Shown one piece after another: positions 6,301 to 10,592 of a stretch of DNA of 10,592 nucleotides. Source of the stretch: Azolla caroliniana (taxonomy: Eukaryota > Plantae > Polypodiophyta); the NCBI GenBank assembly GCA_043228905.1, contig JBHGNT010001260.1, positions 1 to 10,592 of the forward strand, read 5' to 3'. The first letter of the stretch is position 1. The number at the start of each line of letters is the position of its first letter. The position numbers were made by a program, and so were the translations under genes. Below the pieces are notes generated by a model, which had not been told where the DNA came from, did not search any database, and saw nothing but the letters and a program-made list of their open reading frames with translations.

Positions 6301-9300
6301 ATTCCAAGTATGACTTTCACCTGTTCTTTCTCACTTTTCTCAAAAACTAGTTGTACTAACAAAATTGTTGAAAGTATGACTAGATAAAAAAAGTGTAAGT
6401 AAAAAGTCAATAGTCACTACGGGGCGCATCTAATCTATAAGCAAGCCTGGAATGGTGACAAATACCTAAATCCAATTGAGGCTTTTAGAATGGACATCAG
6501 CCGATTGCGAACTGAATCATAGGCACTCAAGAAACCTCCATGTATCTGGTTCAAAATAGAAATAATAAAAATCGGACACATCATTTTCTTTTAAACCAAG
6601 ATATAATTCATAAGTTACCATTTCCTCATGTTTAAATTCTCCTCCAGCTCGCTCTGGGTTGAAACTGCAATAAAAGTGAAGACTTGCAGGTTTTGACAAC
6701 AGATATGCTTCGCACACAAATTTGAAACCAAAGAATACAAACTTGAAAAGAAATTCTCTAATACGTACGGTCTACAAGAATTTCCATGGCATCTATAATG
6801 ATCCATAACCGTCAAACATACTAAAGAACCAATAAAATGTATTACGAGTAATGTGTGACAATAATTATGGTAGCAATTGAATGTAAATTAAGATTAGTAA
6901 TGCGCCTTTTAATAAGGCTGAAGTTGTAATGAATGTAAATGGATATTCATCATTGGCGTGATCAATGGTTACTACTTCAACTATATTCATTTTGGTTTTG
7001 TTCTCAACAATAAGACACCAATTCTTATCTTATTATTTTGGCTTCTTAAGAGACATAAATATACCTTTCTTTGTGGACTTTGTTTCTTTGAATGTTTCTT
7101 TCTGAAACAGATATAGTGAGCTACCAATCATTTTTCATGGGTTTGACCTCATATTGAGGTTTGCCATCAGTAGCATGAGTAATATAAAAGGATTTGAGGG
7201 AATCATATAACACTTAGGTATATTAAATGAAACCGTAATGTAGTCCAGTTACCTTACAGGTAAAAGCATTAGATCAGTCTTTATATCTTTCCATTTCACC
7301 TGAAATACCCCACGTAATAATGTTAATTTACACGCCTATAATACATCAGGAGTTTCAGAGAACAATTATGTTAAAAACATTACGCCAAGAGTATTTTCAT
7401 TAAAACTTTGATCTAAATCTTAGAGGAACCTCAAGATTTGATTTACTTCCACTTTTGTAAAATTGTTTAACTGCAATTATATTTGTGATAAGATAGATAG
7501 AACAGCCTCAAAAAGGATCACACATACTGTGTGCAGTAATCATCCAGGTCAAAAACCCAAAGAAGAGGCAAGAAATGCCAACTCACAAATTTGACACTAC
7601 CATTCTTAATCCACTCCATAGACAGAAATTCCATTGCCTTCAAAACTCCTCCTTCTAGGGTTTTGCAAGGTCTGCTTTACAGTTGATAGTGTCAATGCAC
7701 GAGGGTATTAGTGTTGAGAATTTGATTCTTCCAATTGTTTGTTGATCAGAGTGGAGACATGATTCCAACAACCCAATGGCAACCCACTTAAACAATATGT
7801 GTATACACAATGAAAGGCTAATAAAAACCTCCACCACAGTGACATGCAAGATCTGCATTACGTCTTTACTTAAATTGCATTTAGCATCATTACCATGGAT
7901 TACAGTTATCATTCGAAACAGTAAAAACACATGTATGTTTGAAATATTGACAGCTGTGATTGCCAAGCATAAGATAAGCTTGATATTTTTAGTCCACCTA
8001 GATGCTGCTTCGCCCCATATTATGTTCATTGTTCTTTCATTTTTGAAATGGCTAAAGGTGGGAAAAAGGTGGGTAATAATGGAAAGTATATAGAAAAGAA
8101 GGCTTACATAGTATAGAAAACAAGGCATGCAAAAATTATAGGCTGGGGGAGATCCCAAGCCTATCATCATCAGGTAGTCGTAGAACACTTCTTCGTTGAT
8201 TTTGTAGTGCCACTCTTGGCATAAAATTTTAACTGGGTTAGTGTGGCATGCCTCCCTTAATAATGGTAGGGATTCCATGGATCTAGAGAGCTACAGATTA
8301 TTCTGTAAAATGATTCGTCTATGTTCAATGGGTCTTCAACATCAGGTAGTAGTAGAACGTTTCTCCAGTGATTTTAAAGTATCGTTCTTGGCATAAGGTT
8401 TTAACTGGGTAACTGTGGCATGACTCTCTTATTAAAGGTAGGGATTCGATGGATCTAGAGAGCTACGGATTATTCTGTAAAATGATTTGTCTATGTTCAA
8501 TGGGTCTTCAATGGCCCATTCACCATACCAGCCCACTGTTCACTCATGGATGACATCGGCTATATGGTATATTCTATGCACGAAGTGTTCAATCATCATA
8601 TATATGATCGATAACATAGTCCCTCAAAGGTGCAGGCTTTAAGGGTACCATATCATATGTTCTGGGGGATAATAAGACTGGACGGAGTAAGAATCAGGAG
8701 GCTATTTAAACGAGATTGTATCCACCATGTGAATGAAGAAGGCTATCCCATCCCATTAGACCTTACAAGCAAAAGTTCGCATATGAGGCAAATAAGAAAA
8801 ATGCAAATAGCTTCTACTATTCGTTTCAAACATTGTATATGTATAACCAATGATTTACAGAGAATGGACAATAAACACGCAGCATTGTACCCTTTTACCA
8901 CTGTTGAAAGCAAAAATTCTCTGCTTTACATCACAAATACATTCTATTTTCTTGTTTGGTCTTAAAGGTTATTTTGGCCTCTTAAAAGACATTAAAATAT
9001 CTTGCTTTTTTTCTTTCTATCTTTCTATTGTAAATCAGCAGTATTCTGTTGTCAAGCATTCAGAGATTTTAAGAGAGCCTAATTTTCCATAGTTCAGATT
9101 TAAATTTAGGGTAGCATTTAAGGAGTTAACCTGCTCAGTTCCTCGAAATGCAACCACCAGTCTCTGATGCTGAGCATCACGCCAAACAGCAACCTTTCAT
9201 GAGCAGAACAGACAATCAATAATACAAAGAGAAGAAATTGCCAAATTTTGGAGTTGATGAGGAATATTTTAGTCAATTGTGCAGGGTAATAACAGCTGAT

Positions 9301-10267
9301 TAAAATGACATACCTGAGTGTCAGTTTTGCTATTGTCAAGGAAACAGATTTTCTCAAATGCTGACTTGACAAAGCTTTTATGTCCTAATGAAGTTGCTAG
9401 AACTGCCCAAGCCTCCATTGCACTCTCTGCCTTCTCAAACATTTTCCTCGCCTCTTCAAGTTCTTTAAGTCTTTCATCGGATGTGAGCAACTCATCAGTC
9501 GTCTCAGGAGCTGATGGAATCATCTCTGTAATGATAGCTGTTTGCGTAGGTTTGTTTTCGCCTCCTGTTAACGATGCAGAAAGCACTGTCCATGTCTTGA
9601 GTGTCTCTTCTGCTTGCTTGAGTAAGGCCATTGACACTTTCTTTAAATCTTCAGTTGGAGGAGCTGCATTCTCTGTAGCCGATACCTCAGCAGAGAACTC
9701 GTTCTTTTCGGTAGTTGCAATTGCAAGCCCACTCTCAACATACTGTGAGTCTGCCTTGTTTTTGGAGACCAGTCCAAGGTTTTTAATTACATCCAAGGCA
9801 TCCCAGTTCACACTGTCAAGTAAAGGAAACCTAGGTTCATTTATGCTAGCGCCAAAAGTTTCACTGATACCTTTTCTTAAAAAACTTAAAAACTCTTCAT
9901 TTGAAGGTTTGTTATTCAATTGCTCTTCTGTATCTGAGTTCTGAACTTTCTGCAAGTCAGGTATGTTGTCCCTGTCCATAGGATCACTGCTCAAGTTCAT
10001 ATTGCTTGTTAGAGGACTAGTTTCGTTACAATTTTCTGTGTTCTGCTCTTGTGATGGTACCTCATTTGATTCAGGCTGATATTCCTTCGGTTTCTCTGGG
10101 GAGGAACCCAAAACTGAGCGGAGAAAATCACTAACTGTAAGATGATCAAAGGCTAGAGCATTGGTAGAAACATCTTCAAACGTTTGACTCTGTAGAAAAG
10201 CTGAAAAGAGGGGAATATTCCATCCTCTTTTCGAAGTCTTTATGTCCTCAAAACGTTGGTACTGAAC
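3257..10267 (-). CDS. HIL1: Class-3 (alpha/beta-hydrolase) lipase, HIL1/At4g13550-like, 3' part: join complement(9314..10267,9131..9193,7253..7299,6619..6664,6466..6545,5890..6000,5727..5808,4488..4613,4165..4245,3472..3597,3257..3304)
   Basis: Eleven exons with GT-AG boundaries join in frame (1764 nt = 587 aa + TGA). Lipase_3 motifs: VVAFRGTEQ, HGGFLSAYDSV, VTGHSLGGALATL, YNFGSPRVGN, RVVNRRDIIPTVP. Family-specific motifs: AESAMEAWAVLATSLGH, GEATPD, RDGSALMQHMEDFYY. The symbol indicates likely orthology only. Confidence 0.93.
3472..3597 (-). CDS. HIL1: Lipase exon with the candidate catalytic His (MKGEKNLISKLLETEIAMFRAIRDGSALMQHMEDFYYISLLE)
   Basis: 126 nt; acceptor ATGCAG ends at 3598, donor GTAATG starts at 3471. 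Confidence 0.92.
4165..4245 (-). CDS. HIL1: Lipase exon (VSMELVGDGYHADVIGEATPDFLLKEF)
   Basis: 81 nt; acceptor TTTTTTATCATTAG ends at 4246, donor GTATGT starts at 4164; conserved DGYH..VIGEATPD. Confidence 0.88.
4488..4613 (-). CDS. HIL1: Lipase exon with the candidate catalytic Asp (IVKDSWRVVNRRDIIPTVPRLMGYCHVAQPIYLTAGDVYDAT)
   Basis: 126 nt; acceptor CTACAG ends at 4614, donor GTATAT starts at 4487; core of ORF 4455..4661. Confidence 0.9.
5727..5808 (-). CDS. HIL1: Lipase exon (RQGFIKVSMYNFGSPRVGNKNFAERYNK)
   Basis: 82 nt; acceptor TTCAG ends at 5809, donor GTATGT starts at 5726; FGSPRVGN motif. Confidence 0.93.
5890..6000 (-). CDS. HIL1: Lipase exon carrying the catalytic Ser (SDAQCNTHPWKVYVTGHSLGGALATLFALEISTSKLA)
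   Basis: 111 nt; acceptor TTTTCCAG ends at 6001, donor GTACAT starts at 5889; GHSLG encoded at 5957-5943. Confidence 0.95.
6466..6545 (-). CDS. HIL1: Lipase exon (IHGGFLSAYDSVRNRLMSILKASIGF)
   Basis: 80 nt; acceptor CCAG ends at 6546, donor GTATTT starts at 6465; H.GF motif. Confidence 0.92.
6619..6664 (-). CDS. HIL1: Lipase exon (SFNPERAGGEFKHEEM)
   Basis: 46 nt; acceptor TTGCAG ends at 6665, donor GTAACT starts at 6618. Confidence 0.9.
7253..7299 (-). CDS. HIL1: Lipase exon (VKWKDIKTDLMLLPV)
   Basis: 47 nt; acceptor TTTCAG ends at 7300, donor AG|GTAACT at 7252; lid-region W.D..TD motif. Confidence 0.88.
8168..8511. repeat. Tandem duplication, 2 x 172 bp, inside a 1.83-kb lipase intron
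   Basis: Copy 1 is 8168-8339 and copy 2 is 8340-8511. Both start CATCAGGTAG and end ATGTTCAATGGGTCTTCAA. They align without gaps, with about 23 mismatches by manual count. Confidence 0.95.
9131..9193 (-). CDS. HIL1: Lipase exon (VAVWRDAQHQRLVVAFRGTEQ)
   Basis: 63 nt; acceptor AAG ends at 9194, donor GTTAAC starts at 9130; FRGT motif. Confidence 0.9.
9314..10267 (-). CDS. HIL1: Lipase large exon (VQYQRF...FLDNSKTDTQ, 318 codons)
   Basis: Acceptor TGTTTCAG ends at 10268, donor GTATGT starts at 9313; core of ORF 9269..10309. Confidence 0.92.
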
Positions 10268-10592
10268 CTGAAACATACCATAGGAAGAAGTCATGTTCTG
10301 GAACAACACGAGTTACGCAGTGCAACCATTTTCAGCTTGCATCTCAATATGTCAGCATTGATTTACATGGAAATAGGCTGTAAAGAATGCTAACTCTCGT
10401 AGAGTCGGACTGTGTGGAAGAGTTGTGCATATGTGAGAGTGGGAGTGTGAGAGAGAGAAGGAATCAGAGAAAACAACCAGAAATGAAATGTGCACAAGAC
10501 AGAGATGAGAGATTATGCACAGAAGAGAAAACTATATTGATCAACTAAAAAAACCAGAGCACAATCGGCTTTATATACAAGTCCTCAAGGGA

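Noticed and set aside
2689-9372. Remaining short ORF-track entries (2689..2877, 4322..4504, 4658..4840, 4867..5052, 6615..6815, 7776..8093, 8630..8965, 8850..9092, 9118..9372)
   Set aside because: Intronic, 3'-flank or out-of-frame ORFs of chance length with no recognisable motifs.
9318-9944. 208-aa plus-strand ORF
   Set aside because: Antisense shadow of the large lipase exon; Ser-rich as expected from reverse-complemented Glu-rich codons.

Overview
Eukaryotic, land-plant-type nuclear DNA (AT-rich GT-AG introns, telo-boxes, site II motifs). Both protein-coding genes are spliced and on the minus strand, so the ORF track mostly misses them. (1) The last 11 coding exons (10267->3257, 587 aa + stop) of a class-3 lipase resembling Arabidopsis HIL1/At4g13550. 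The GHSLG motif and candidate catalytic Asp and His are intact; the 5' end lies beyond the window. (2) About 2.1 kb further on, the promoter and first three exons (1155->138) of a nucleolar RRM protein of the NIFK/MKI67IP/Nop15 type. The intergenic region holds the most unusual feature: a near full-length but decayed U6 snRNA copy (~1508-1614, + strand) with no Pol III promoter or terminator. It is followed by a G-quadruplex-type tract, a recurring 11-nt motif and a ~76-nt GC-rich hairpin, and may be a U6 retrocopy or U6-headed SINE-like element. Other oddities are an exon that begins with a perfect 5' splice site (AG|GTAAGT), a tandem donor, and a 172-bp intronic duplication with a sharp divergence step. 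Homology calls come from my recollection of these families, not from database searches.
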